A program made the position numbers and the translations under genes. DNA of 64,000 bases, from assembly GCA_963792965.1 (NCBI GenBank), contig CAWBYW010000007.1, positions 512,001 to 576,000 of the forward strand, read 5' to 3'. The stretch is from an uncultured delta proteobacterium. GTDB lineage: Bacteria; Desulfobacterota; Zymogenia; Zymogenales; Zymogenaceae. How positions within the stretch are numbered: the stretch's first letter is position 1; each line of letters begins with the position of its first letter. Positions 30,254 through 39,671 of this stretch are shown here, one piece after another. The notes under the pieces are model-generated. The model ran no database searches. It was given only the letters and a program-made list of their open reading frames with translations, and was not told where the DNA came from.

Positions 30254-30603
30254 TCTTGACAAAACTCGTAAAATCGTAAAAAGTATAGATACATACGTCC
30301 TCGAACCGAGGCTCTCGGAGCAGATAAAAGAGAATGGATTTTCATATCGTGATTAAATTCCTGATCCGATGAGGTGAGATCACGGGACCCGTGAGGTCCC
30401 GTCGGCATCCCTCATCGTCCGTCTTCCCGCCCACGGGATAGCGTCTCCCCACGCCCCGTCCGGGAAGACCGGGCACGGGGCGACAATGCACCATCCCAGA
30501 ACAATCAGAATAACGAAAGACGTCGAGGAAGTCGCTCCCCTCACCTTTTTCCTTGCCCGGAAAAAGGAAGCACATTAACGGTCGTCTCACAGATGAGGAA
30601 CCC

Positions 30604-31755
30604 ATGATCTATCTTGATAACGCCGCTACTTCATTTCCTAAGCCGCAATCAGTCGTCGACGCGGTCTGTGACTTCATGACTCGCATCGGCGCAAACCCCG
30701 GCAGGTCTGGCCACCGCCTCTCGGTGGAGGCGGAAATAGTCCGCGTAGAAGCGCGGGAGCGAATCGCGCGGCTCTTCAACGGCACGGACCCCCTGCGCGT
30801 GGTCTTTACCGCCAACGTCACCCATGCGATAAACCTTGTGCTCTTCGGGCTGCTGAAACCCGGCGACCGGATCGTCACGACGGCAATGGAGCATAACGCC
30901 GTCATGCGGCCCCTCAGATTCCTTGAGACGCGGGGGGTAAAGGTGGCATTGGTCGCCGCCGCGCCCGACGGCACGGTCGACCCCGCCGACTTTGCCCACG
31001 AGCTGGAAAAAGGCGCGCGGCTTGCCTGCTCACTGCACGCCTCAAACGCCGTCGGCACGATAATGCCTATCGGCGAGATCGGGCGGCTCTGCCGGCGGTA
31101 CTCGGTCCCCTTTATGGTTGACGCCGCCCAGACCGCCGGCAGCTATGGCATCGACATGGAGAGGGACAACATCGACATCTTGGCCTTCACCGGCCACAAG
31201 GGACTCCTCGGACCGACGGGGACGGGCGGCCTCGTGCTCGGCCCCGATGTCGACGAAAGATCGATTGTCCCCCTCGTCCTCGGGGGCACCGGGAGCAGGT
31301 CGGACAACGAGGCACAGCCCGATTTTCTCCCTGACCGGTTCGAGAGCGGTACCGCGAACATAGCCGGGATCGCGGGGCTTTCCGAATCCGTCCGGTGGGT
31401 CACTGAAAAGGGAGTCGACACGATCCGCGGACGCGAGATACGGCTGGCCGAAAGGCTCATCTCAGGGCTGGTGGATATTCCGGGCGTTACCGTCTACGGA
31501 ACCAAAGACATGAGCAAGCGGACGGCGGCGGTCTCCTTTCGGGTCGCCGGAATCGACAACGCCGAGGTGGGCGGTCGCCTCTGCGATGATTTCGACATCA
31601 TGTGTCGGGCCGGGCTCCACTGCGCCCCCCGCGCCCACATGACGATGGGGACCTTCCCCAAGGGCACCGTGCGGTTGAGCATCGGCCCGTTCAACACCGA
31701 GCCCGATATCGACGCGGCCATCCTCGCCGTCGAGGCGATAGCCGGAAAAAAATGA
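30604..31755 (+). CDS. Cysteine desulfurase family aminotransferase class V (selenium-metabolism associated)
   Basis: IYLDNAATS, EHNAV, DAAQTAG, TGHKG, RAGLHCAP. Start ATG 30604. Confidence 0.9.
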   Translation: MIYLDNAATSFPKPQSVVDAVCDFMTRIGANPGRSGHRLSVEAEIVRVEARERIARLFNGTDPLRVVFTANVTHAINLVLFGLLKPGDRIVTTAMEHNAVMRPLRFLETRGVKVALVAAAPDGTVDPADFAHELEKGARLACSLHASNAVGTIMPIGEIGRLCRRYSVPFMVDAAQTAGSYGIDMERDNIDILAFTGHKGLLGPTGTGGLVLGPDVDERSIVPLVLGGTGSRSDNEAQPDFLPDRFESGTANIAGIAGLSESVRWVTEKGVDTIRGREIRLAERLISGLVDIPGVTVYGTKDMSKRTAAVSFRVAGIDNAEVGGRLCDDFDIMCRAGLHCAPRAHMTMGTFPKGTVRLSIGPFNTEPDIDAAILAVEAIAGKK

Positions 31756-31817
31756 GACGATACCGGTGTTCATTTCGACCCCCTCATGATATGATGTTCG
31801 CACGCTGAATATGTACT

Positions 31818-32039
31818 ATGGGTGACTTCTCGGTAATTTTGACCTTCTCCACGGGATACGCCATACGGGCGCAGAAAGTGCTGGCCGAATCGGGAATCGA
31901 GTCGAAGCTGATCCCGGTTCCGCGCCGTCTTTCCAGCGACTGCGGCGTTTCCGTCCGCATCCGCCGGACTGACGGCACCTCCGCGGAAGAAGTCCTCAAG
32001 GAGAAGGGGATCCTGTTTGATCGGATCGTCCCCCTGTAG
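31818..32039 (+). CDS. DUF3343 putative Se/S carrier-like protein
   Basis: F.ST..A..A.K.L...LIPVPR.LSSDCG; lies between the desulfurase and selD. Confidence 0.82.
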   Translation: MGDFSVILTFSTGYAIRAQKVLAESGIESKLIPVPRRLSSDCGVSVRIRRTDGTSAEEVLKEKGILFDRIVPL

Positions 32040-32050
32040 AGAGGAACACG

Positions 32051-33094
32051 ATGGAAAAGCTTCGGCTGACCCAGTGTGCCAAGGCGGCCGGCTGAGCCGC
32101 TAAGACGGCCCCCGGGCCGCTGGCGCAGGTCATGCGCACGCTGAAAGATCTATTCCCCCGAGAGAAGTTTCCCAACCTGCTGGTCGGCATGGACGATGGA
32201 GACGACGCAGCGGTCTATCGTGTCAATGAACATACCGCCCTCATCTTCACGCTCGACTTTTTCACCCCGGTGGTCGATGAGCCTTACGACTTCGGTATGA
32301 TCGCCGCCGCAAACTCCATGTCCGACGTCTACGCCATGGGCGGGGACGTGACGTTGGCCCTCAACATCTGCTGTTTTCCCAAGGATATGTCGCCGGAGGT
32401 TACCTCGCAAATCCTCCGCGGCGGGGCCGACAAGGTCATCGAGGCCGGTGGGATCCTCTCCGGCGGCCACACCATCAACGACGACGAGCCGAAGTACGGC
32501 CTTGCGGTTATCGGCTTTGTTCACCCCAAGAAGTATCTCACCAAGGCGGGGGCAAAACCGGGGGACGTGCTCGTCCTGACTAAGCCCCTCGGCGTCGGAA
32601 TAATTACGACGGCTCTAAAGGGGGCCCAGGCCAGGGCCGATCACGTCCGCGAGGCGACCGAGTGGATGGGACGGCTCAACCGTAAATCGTCGATCATTTT
32701 CCGGGAGGCCGGGGTGAACGCGCTGACCGACGTAACGGGCTTTGCCTTGATGGGCCACTCGCTGGAGATCGCAAACCACAGCGGCGTCCTCCTGCGATTT
32801 TTTTCGGACAAGATCCCGTTCCTTGGTGGCGCCCACGACTACGCCGCCGAGTGGCTCTTCCCGGGAGGCACGGCGACAAACAGGCAGGCCTACGACCGGG
32901 AGGTCCGGTTCGTAGGCGCAATCCCCGACGAAACCCAGGAGCTCCTCTTCACGCCGGAAACCTCGGGGGGGCTGCTTGCCGCGGTATCGAAGAAGAAGCT
33001 CGGGCTCATCCGATCGCGCTTCGCCGACGCGGGAGAGTCGCTCTGGGTGATCGGCGAGGTCGGCGAGGGGCGCGGCATCGAGGTGGTGGGTTAG
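32051..33094 (+). CDS. selD: Selenide, water dikinase, selenocysteine-containing (UGA at 32093-32095)
   Basis: ATG 32051 after GAGGAA gives MEKLRLTQCAKAAG-U-AAK, in frame with DDAAVY, DFFTP, SDVYAMG, GGHT, TDVTGF, ETSGGLL. Confidence 0.94.
32096..32123 (+). promoter_or_regulatory. Candidate bacterial SECIS of selD
   Basis: CGGCC-CCCG-GGCCG hairpin starting 10 nt after the in-frame UGA. Confidence 0.55.
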
Positions 33095-33158
33095 CCGGCG
33101 CCCGGCGGCATCCGGACAAGAGGCCTAACACAACAACCCCTATATGAGAGGAATTAGT

Positions 33159-33434
33159 ATGGACGACAAAGAAGCGTACAACAGAGCCGAAAAAAGAGTA
33201 GGAGACAAAATGGGTTTCTATACTCATTTCGGTGTCTACGTTATCGTCTGCGTGGTGCTCTACGTTATTAATCAAGTAACCAGTCCCAACGGGTACCAGT
33301 GGTTCATCTGGCCCGTCCTCGGCTGGGGTATCGCAATCCTTTTTCACTTCATGAGTGTTTTTGTCCTCTCCGGCAGTCTAAAAGAGCGGATGATCGAAAA
33401 AGAGCTGGAGCGACAGAAGCGAAAACAGGGATAG
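33159..33434 (+). CDS. 2TM domain protein
   Basis: RA.KRV....GFY.H..VY, W..WP.LGWGI....H. Confidence 0.85.
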   Translation: MDDKEAYNRAEKRVGDKMGFYTHFGVYVIVCVVLYVINQVTSPNGYQWFIWPVLGWGIAILFHFMSVFVLSGSLKERMIEKELERQKRKQG

Positions 33435-33631
33435 GAAATACGTCGGCGGCGGCCTCATCGTCCCCCGGCTCGCCGACGCCGATGGGACGTCCCAACCCCC
33501 CTCTTTCCCCGATCCTTTATGCCGACAGCCCCTTTGCGGCCATAGCGGGTAATTCTTGACGCATGATTTCCATTATGGTAATATTAGAAAAATTCGATCG
33601 TATAGCGTAATTACCCTGCCCTGGGGCATGC

Positions 33632-35272
33632 ATGGCCACCGATAAGGAAGAGCGCAAGAATAGTGTCACGACCGACAAGGGCGTCCGTTCACAAAACGGA
33701 ACGGGTGATCCTGCCGTTGCGAAAGACACTGCGCTCTTGAGCGCCGACGATATCCTCACGCCGGAGATCAAGAAATACCAGGCGATGCTCGAAGAGAACC
33801 CCGCCTCCCGCGTCTTCGCGTCTCTCGCGGAGCTCTACCGTAAGCGCGGAATGCTCGACGAGGCGATCAGCCTCTCCCTCAAGGGTCTGCGCACCCACCC
33901 TGCTTACGTCAGCGGGCGGGTCGTACTCGGGCGGGCCTACTTCGACAAGGGAATGTTAAAAGAGTCCGCCGAGGTGCTTGAAAAAGTCGTCGAGGTAAAT
34001 CCCGATCACCTCATGGCCAACAAGGTCCTCGGCGACGTATCGCTCATGAAGGGCGATACCGAAAAGGCCAGGGACTACTTCGAGCGCGTCCTGGCGCTGG
34101 CTCCGGAAGACCTCGAGGTTATGAAGAAACTCGAGCCGATGCGAGCGAGGCAAGACCCGGACCGTCGGCCGACGCCCGAACCGGCCCAAGAGGTCATCGA
34201 GGGGGAGTCCCTCGAAATCGTCGATCACGACCGGATCGCCACCAGGATAATGGAGGCGCAGATTGTCCAGGATCTCGACGAGGCCCCGGACCAGACGCCG
34301 GGCCCCGGCATCGATCTGAGCGTCGACGAGATATCCGCAATCCTCGTCAAGGCCGGCCGGCAGATCGGTGACATTCGATCGAGCCGCGAGGTAGGCGACG
34401 AAAGCGGCCGGGATTCCTTCTTCCCGATACGTAAGGTTTCCGAGACGGCGCCTCTTCCCTCCGGAGAGCTTCCACCACTCTTTTCGGCGATCGAGCACAT
34501 CCAGATCGGGATCATCATCACCGACCTCGACGGCAAGATACACTACGCCAACCCGTCCGTGGCCGTCATGCATGGATGGGAGCCCAATGAGCCCGCCGGC
34601 CGCCACCTTTCGGATTTCTTCCCGCCCGGAATCTTCCAGTCCATCACGATGCACGAGATCCTCGAAAAAAAGAGCCTCACGCGGGATACCGTCAACATAA
34701 AAAGGGATAGATCGGTCTTTCCGGTGAGGATGACCTACGACATCGTGGAGAACGACAACAATGAGCCGACCTTTATCATCGTCAGCATGGACGATCTGAC
34801 CAAGCACGCCGAGATCGACGAGAGCCTCTGGGAGTATGCCGTCAAGGACGTGCAGACGGGACTCTTCAACCGTCGCCACTTCGTCACTAAGATCGGTGAG
34901 GAGAAAAAGCGTGCCGAGCGGATGGACTATCCCCTCTGCCTCATGGTCTTTGCGATCCCGAATTTCAAATCATACCTGAACCTGCGGGGTGATAAGTCGG
35001 CCGATAAGGCGCTTTCGGAAATCGGAAAGATCACTCGGCGCTCGATCAGAAAGGAGGTGGACAGCGCCTACCGGTTCGGCGAAGATGAGTTCGCGGTGAT
35101 CCTGCCGACGGCCACCGAAGAAAAGGCGAAGATCGTCGTCAACCGTCTGAGGGAAAAGGTAAAAAAGAAGCTCCCGGATATCGAGATCAGGATCGGCACG
35201 GCCTCCCTTGCCGACCACGGGTCGGTTGAAGAGCTGATCGCCGCGGCGGAAAAGGCGATGTACCAGACATAG
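33632..35272 (+). CDS. TPR-PAS-degenerate GGDEF protein
   Basis: N-terminal TPRs, PAS (IITDLDG.I.YAN), D.QTGLFNRR, RFGEDEF. Confidence 0.85.
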   Translation: MATDKEERKNSVTTDKGVRSQNGTGDPAVAKDTALLSADDILTPEIKKYQAMLEENPASRVFASLAELYRKRGMLDEAISLSLKGLRTHPAYVSGRVVLGRAYFDKGMLKESAEVLEKVVEVNPDHLMANKVLGDVSLMKGDTEKARDYFERVLALAPEDLEVMKKLEPMRARQDPDRRPTPEPAQEVIEGESLEIVDHDRIATRIMEAQIVQDLDEAPDQTPGPGIDLSVDEISAILVKAGRQIGDIRSSREVGDESGRDSFFPIRKVSETAPLPSGELPPLFSAIEHIQIGIIITDLDGKIHYANPSVAVMHGWEPNEPAGRHLSDFFPPGIFQSITMHEILEKKSLTRDTVNIKRDRSVFPVRMTYDIVENDNNEPTFIIVSMDDLTKHAEIDESLWEYAVKDVQTGLFNRRHFVTKIGEEKKRAERMDYPLCLMVFAIPNFKSYLNLRGDKSADKALSEIGKITRRSIRKEVDSAYRFGEDEFAVILPTATEEKAKIVVNRLREKVKKKLPDIEIRIGTASLADHGSVEELIAAAEKAMYQT

Positions 35273-35342
35273 GTGTTTTGTTACGGCGCCGCGAGCTTAG
35301 GGGAGATGGAATTGCAGCACCTCCACTTTCCCCACCCGAGCT

Positions 35343-35699
35343 TCATCTGATCAACCCGGACAGGAAAATTCCCAGAATCACATGCAAAAGACCGCTAAAC
35401 ACAGATATGATGACCGTGATTATAGACGAAAGCACGGTGATCGACACGGACAGAATAATGACGAATGCCACACCGATGATCAAGAACTTGACGGCGCGCG
35501 CGCTTGTCTGCTCGTCGACCGGAGCATCTGAGCCGGCCGTATCGAGCCGAGTTGTTCCCTTCCGTGCATCGAGGATCAGTACCGAGCCGCCGCAATGGTC
35601 GCACTGAGCCTTCTCCTTATCCGGGGAAACCTGCAGTGTGGCCCCGCAACTCGGGCACTTCAACTCGATCATTCGCACGTCTTGTCCGCCGTCCGTCAT
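35343..35699 (-). CDS. Zinc-ribbon membrane protein
   Basis: CPSCGA...CDHCG then a C-terminal hydrophobic region. Confidence 0.75.
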   Translation of the reverse strand: MTDGGQDVRMIELKCPSCGATLQVSPDKEKAQCDHCGGSVLILDARKGTTRLDTAGSDAPVDEQTSARAVKFLIIGVAFVIILSVSITVLSSIITVIISVFSGLLHVILGIFLSGLIR

Positions 35700-35807
35700 T
35701 GGCAGCAACCCCTTTACCGTTGATCCGCCACCTGCACCCACCTACCGACAATCCTTCAAAAGGATACTCCACCCGAGGCGCGGAAACGCTTAGATATCGT
35801 CTCGAGC

Positions 35808-36140
35808 TCATTTGAACAGGCCGAAGAACACGATCCCCAAAACTACGAGCGTCATCACCCCGATAATTATGACGGAAATCAGAATGGGGGCCACGAAGGT
35901 GGCGGCGAAACCGAGGAGGGCAATCTTGACGACGCGCTTCTCGGTCTCCTCGTCAACGACCCCGGACTCCGGCGGAGTCTCGACCTCCTTCGATTCCCTT
36001 TTCGCATCGACGATCAATACCGAGCTGCCGCAATGGTCGCATTGAGCCCTTTCCATATGCGGGGAAACCTGCAGAGTCGCCCCGCAATTCGGGCATTTCA
36101 ACACAATCATTCGCACATCGTTTCCGTCGTCCACCATCAT
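35808..36140 (-). CDS. Zinc-ribbon membrane protein (tandem paralog)
   Basis: CPNCGA...CDHCG; near-identical N-terminal core DVRMI.LKCP.CGATLQVSP. Confidence 0.75.
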   Translation of the reverse strand: MMVDDGNDVRMIVLKCPNCGATLQVSPHMERAQCDHCGSSVLIVDAKRESKEVETPPESGVVDEETEKRVVKIALLGFAATFVAPILISVIIIGVMTLVVLGIVFFGLFK

Positions 36141-36255
36141 TGGTATCTCCGGTACGTTTTCTTCGCTCAGCCGCGCCAGATGATATCGAAACAAACGGTC
36201 CTTTCGGACAACTGGGTCAAGGAGCCGACGCTGCGGCTCTCCGAAGCCGTTTCAG

Positions 36256-36481
36256 CTAGAGGCCCAAGAAAGACAGGAGAACGAGCAAGCCGTGGCAGAA
36301 GCCCGAGGCAATGGTAACGTATGCCACGCGTGAGTGCCATTTCATCGGGATGACCCGGATCCTGCGCTTATTGAGGATCGAGATGGCTGCAGTCAAGAGG
36401 AGAAGGAGAATACGTGAGAATGCCCAAATAGATCACGACCGGGATGCCGAGGATTATATAGCCTGCGATTGACTGAAACAT
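36256..36481 (-). CDS. Small membrane protein (about 74 aa) with two His residues, one-base frameshift near 36410
   Basis: AAGGAG RBS; MFQSIAGYIILGIPVVIYLGILTY joins LLLLLTAAISILNKRRIRVIPMKWHSRVAYVTIASGFCHGLLVLLSFLGL. Span is 3n+1. Absent from the ORF track. Confidence 0.65.
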
Positions 36482-36567
36482 GACGGCTCCTTATAATAGT
36501 TTTCAACTCTAAAAAGGATACTACGGATTAAAAAGGATGTCAAACCGTATGTGCCAAGCCGTCCCAC

Positions 36568-36605
36568 AAAAGAAAGGGGGAGCATTTCGCTCCCCCTTTC
36601 TTCTT
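36568..36605. terminator. Intrinsic terminator after the thiolase
   Basis: AGAAAGGGGGAGC-ATTTC-GCTCCCCCTTTCT. Confidence 0.8.
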
Positions 36606-36657
36606 AATAGCTATCCCCCCGCTCATGGCACGCGGGACGATGTCGATCGGTCTTCCC

Positions 36658-37856
36658 TTACAGGCCCACGATGGATACCGAGCAGACGCTCATTGCCGGG
36701 AAACCGCCGAGGTTGTGGGTGAGGCCGAACTTCGGGTTCTTGATCTGGCGCTCGCCCGCCCGGCCCAGCAGCTGATTGTACATCTCGTAGAGCATGCGGA
36801 TGCCGGAGGCGCCGATCGGATGGCCGAAGCACTTGAGGCCGCCGTCCGGCTGGCACGGGAGCTTTCCCTTGAGGTCGTAGAAGCCCGCGCTGATATCCTC
36901 GATGGACTTGCCGCGCGGCGAGATCTGGAGGTCCTCATAGGTGGCAAGCTCGGTGATGGAGAAGCAGTCGTGCACCTCCATCATGCTGAGCTCCTCACGC
37001 GGGTTCTTGATGCCCGCCTCGTCGTAGGCCTTCTGGCCCGCGCGGAGGTCGTCTCGACGTGGGCGCCGTCCCAGCTGTCGTACCACATCTCCTCGCCGGA
37101 CGTAACGGCGATCTGGAGCGCCTTGACGAGGACGGGATTGGTCTTCCGAGCTTCTTGGCGATCTCCGGGGTGGTCACGATTGCGGCGGCCGATCCGTCCG
37201 ATACGCCGCAGCAGTCAAACAGGCCCAGCGGCCATGCGATGATCGGCGCGGCCATGATCTGATCAACGGTAACGGCCTTCCTGCAGGTGGGCCTTCGGGT
37301 TGAGGGCGCCGTTGGCGTGGCTCTTGGCCGAGATCTTGGCCAGGCCCATCTTCAACTCCTCGGGCTTAACCCCGTACTTTGCCATGTAGCCGGTCGCCAT
37401 GAGGGCGAAGGATCCGGGCGCCGTGGCATTGGGCATGAAGAGCCGGTTAAAGGTCCCCATCGCCGTTCCGAAATCGGGAAGACCGCCGTATCCGGTGTCT
37501 TTCAGCTTCTCGGCGCCCAGCGCGAGCGCGATGTCGCACGCGCCGGAGGCGACGGCATAGACGGCGCCGCGGAAAGCCTCGGTGCCGCTGGCGCAGAAGT
37601 TCTCCACGCGGGTCGCGCCGATGTACGGCAGCTTCAGGGTCATCGGGAGCGCCAGGGCGCTCTTGCCGACGTTTACTTCGTCAAAGCAGACGCCGAACCA
37701 CGAGGCGTCGATATCTTTCTTTTCAATCCCCGCATCGGCGAGGGCCTCGCCGAACGACTCGACGATCAGGTCCTCAGCGGACATATCCCAGCGCTCGCCG
37801 AACCGGGTGCATCCCATCCCGATGATGGCGACTTTATCTCTGATCCCACTTGGCAT
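36658..37856 (-). CDS. SCP-x/PhlC-type thiolase-like acyltransferase, three frameshifts (about 37280, 37140, 37045)
   Basis: ENFCASG, GAEK, NPKAH, DCCGVSDG, EVHDCF, GGLKCFGHPIGASG, HNLGG assembled across frames. Confidence 0.85.
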
Positions 37857-37889
37857 CGTTTTTCTCCTTGTATAGAGTGTCCTCTGTTA

Positions 37890-39344
37890 TTACTTGGCGG
37901 GTACGACTTTCCAGAAGTAGCCGTGAACGCCCCGTTTGTCATCATAATATTTTCTTCTGAAGGAGAGCTTCACCTTCTGGCCAACGGAGAGGTCTTCCAG
38001 CTTGCAGTCGGTGAAGTCGGTCCAGAGCCTTCCGCCCCCCTTGAACCTGATTATACCATAGACCTGCGGGGGGTCATATGAAAAAGCGAGCATGTCTCCG
38101 GTATAGGAGAATATCGTCGCCTCCTTATCGGAGAAGCGATAGTCCTCCATCTGGTCGACGGCGCCGCAATCGGGATTGACACAGATCCGCTGGGGCGGGA
38201 ACTGGGGGGTGTTGCACTCGGTGCACTTGGTGCCGACCAGTGAAAGCACGGCTTTGCGCTTCCTCCAGAGGGTGGAAAAGGCGGTGGGAGCGCTATCCTC
38301 TCCGCGGATGCCCAGCTCCATCGGGATGATGTTTCTGAATACCCCGTACTTCTCGTAGGGGGTAAGCTCCGCCTTGTTTGCCAGCGATCCCTTGATCCCG
38401 GTTATTCCGGAAAGCTTCGTGATCTTGTCGGTTACCTTGAAGAGCAGTGCGTCGCAGCCGCTGCCGAAGCTGGCCATGATGATCTTGTCTCCGGGCTTGG
38501 CGTCCTGGAGCGCCGACACCATCATGACGAGCGGATGGGCGGTGCCGGTATCGCCGGTAACGGCGTGCATGTTGTCGTGGATTGCCTCGGGCTTGAACCC
38601 GAGCTTCGTCCCGATGTTCTTGTGGTCTCTGCCGAAGTAGCACGGGTAGACGACCTTTGCCACCTCGTCGGCCTTGGTCCCGGTCTTCTTGAGAAGTCCG
38701 TTGATTGCCTCGGGGATGAACCGGGTATACCCCTCGTCCCTGATCCAGCGCTCTTCCCAGGTGCGGTCAAAGGTCTTGCCTTCCCCCCGGAAGTGATCGA
38801 CAAAGTCGTGCGAGACGGAAAACGATCCTAAGAGCTCCGCCACGACATTATCTTTTCCGATGACGAGGCAGCCGGCGCCGTCGCCGTAGAACTGCTCGAC
38901 CATGCTCCCCATCTTGCCGATCCGAAAGTCGGCGGCCAACACCATGATATTGCCCGCTTCACCCGCCTTTACGGCGTCGGAGGCGGCCAGAACCGCGGTA
39001 GTCCCGCCCTTAGTGGCCTCGCCGAAGTCGGCGATACGAATATCGGTCCCGAGGTCCATTGCGGCGGCCGCGATGGCCGCGCACGAGCGCTCTTTGTACG
39101 GAAGGGTTGTTGAGGCGAGGTAAACGCCGTCAATCTTTTTTCGATCGATACCTGAAAGGGCATCCAGTCCGGCGGCAACCGCCATCGTGAGGCTGTCCTC
39201 ATCGTAGTTGGCCACGGCCTTCTCGCCCTGGGCGACGGAGATAGTCACCGGGTTAAACCACCCCATCGCGCCAAATATGTTGAAGCGATTGAGTCTGTAC
39301 CTCGGTACATACCCTCCAAAGGATGTAATGCCTACCATTTCCAT
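37890..39344 (-). CDS. HMG-CoA synthase-like domain fused to DUF35 (Zn-ribbon plus OB-fold)
   Basis: GYVPRYRL, DEDSLTMAV, GDGAG, GDTGTA, SFGSG; C-terminal CTEC..PQFPP..ICVNPDC and YFWK. Confidence 0.85.
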   Translation of the reverse strand: MEMVGITSFGGYVPRYRLNRFNIFGAMGWFNPVTISVAQGEKAVANYDEDSLTMAVAAGLDALSGIDRKKIDGVYLASTTLPYKERSCAAIAAAAMDLGTDIRIADFGEATKGGTTAVLAASDAVKAGEAGNIMVLAADFRIGKMGSMVEQFYGDGAGCLVIGKDNVVAELLGSFSVSHDFVDHFRGEGKTFDRTWEERWIRDEGYTRFIPEAINGLLKKTGTKADEVAKVVYPCYFGRDHKNIGTKLGFKPEAIHDNMHAVTGDTGTAHPLVMMVSALQDAKPGDKIIMASFGSGCDALLFKVTDKITKLSGITGIKGSLANKAELTPYEKYGVFRNIIPMELGIRGEDSAPTAFSTLWRKRKAVLSLVGTKCTECNTPQFPPQRICVNPDCGAVDQMEDYRFSDKEATIFSYTGDMLAFSYDPPQVYGIIRFKGGGRLWTDFTDCKLEDLSVGQKVKLSFRRKYYDDKRGVHGYFWKVVPAK

Positions 39345-39467
39345 AGTCTCCTTTTAAAAGTTGAACGCATATGTCTGGCTTCGATTTGTTCTCGCGTGGA
39401 GCGTCCGCTCCGGGGACAAGCGGGGTTTCTGCCGGTGTCCCTTTTCCCTCCGCCGACCGGTGAAGAT

Positions 39468-39518
39468 TGAGCGCCACTCAGTTTACCGATTGAGCCTCGG
39501 TAAACTGAATGACCCTCG
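39468..39518. promoter_or_regulatory. Inverted repeat and candidate TetR operators in the divergent region
   Basis: Perfect 12-bp IR TCAGTTTACCGA/TCGGTAAACTGA flanked by TGAGCGCCACTCA and TGAATGACCCTCG; a third similar box at 39623-39635 follows TTGACA(39593)...TATAAT(39617). Confidence 0.55.
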
Positions 39519-39671
39519 GACTTTTTTTATTATAAATGGGCCTTTTTGTCAAGCTTTTTTGTACAATTGATTTCACTAATGATATTTATCACTTGACAAA
39601 TGGATGGCCGAATCAATATAATTGAGCCCTGCTCGGCAATGCTGGGTTATATGTTTCTACAGGGCGTGAAA

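Noticed and set aside
30256-30290. TTGACA as the promoter of the selenium operon
   Set aside because: No well-spaced -10 element; the TTGACAAAACTCGTAAAA tract could be a repeat remnant, so it was left uncalled.
36219-36492. Inverted pair AAGGAGCCG/CGGCTCCTT suggesting a MITE
   Set aside because: Only 9 bp, one copy is the RBS of the small membrane gene, and no target duplication was seen.
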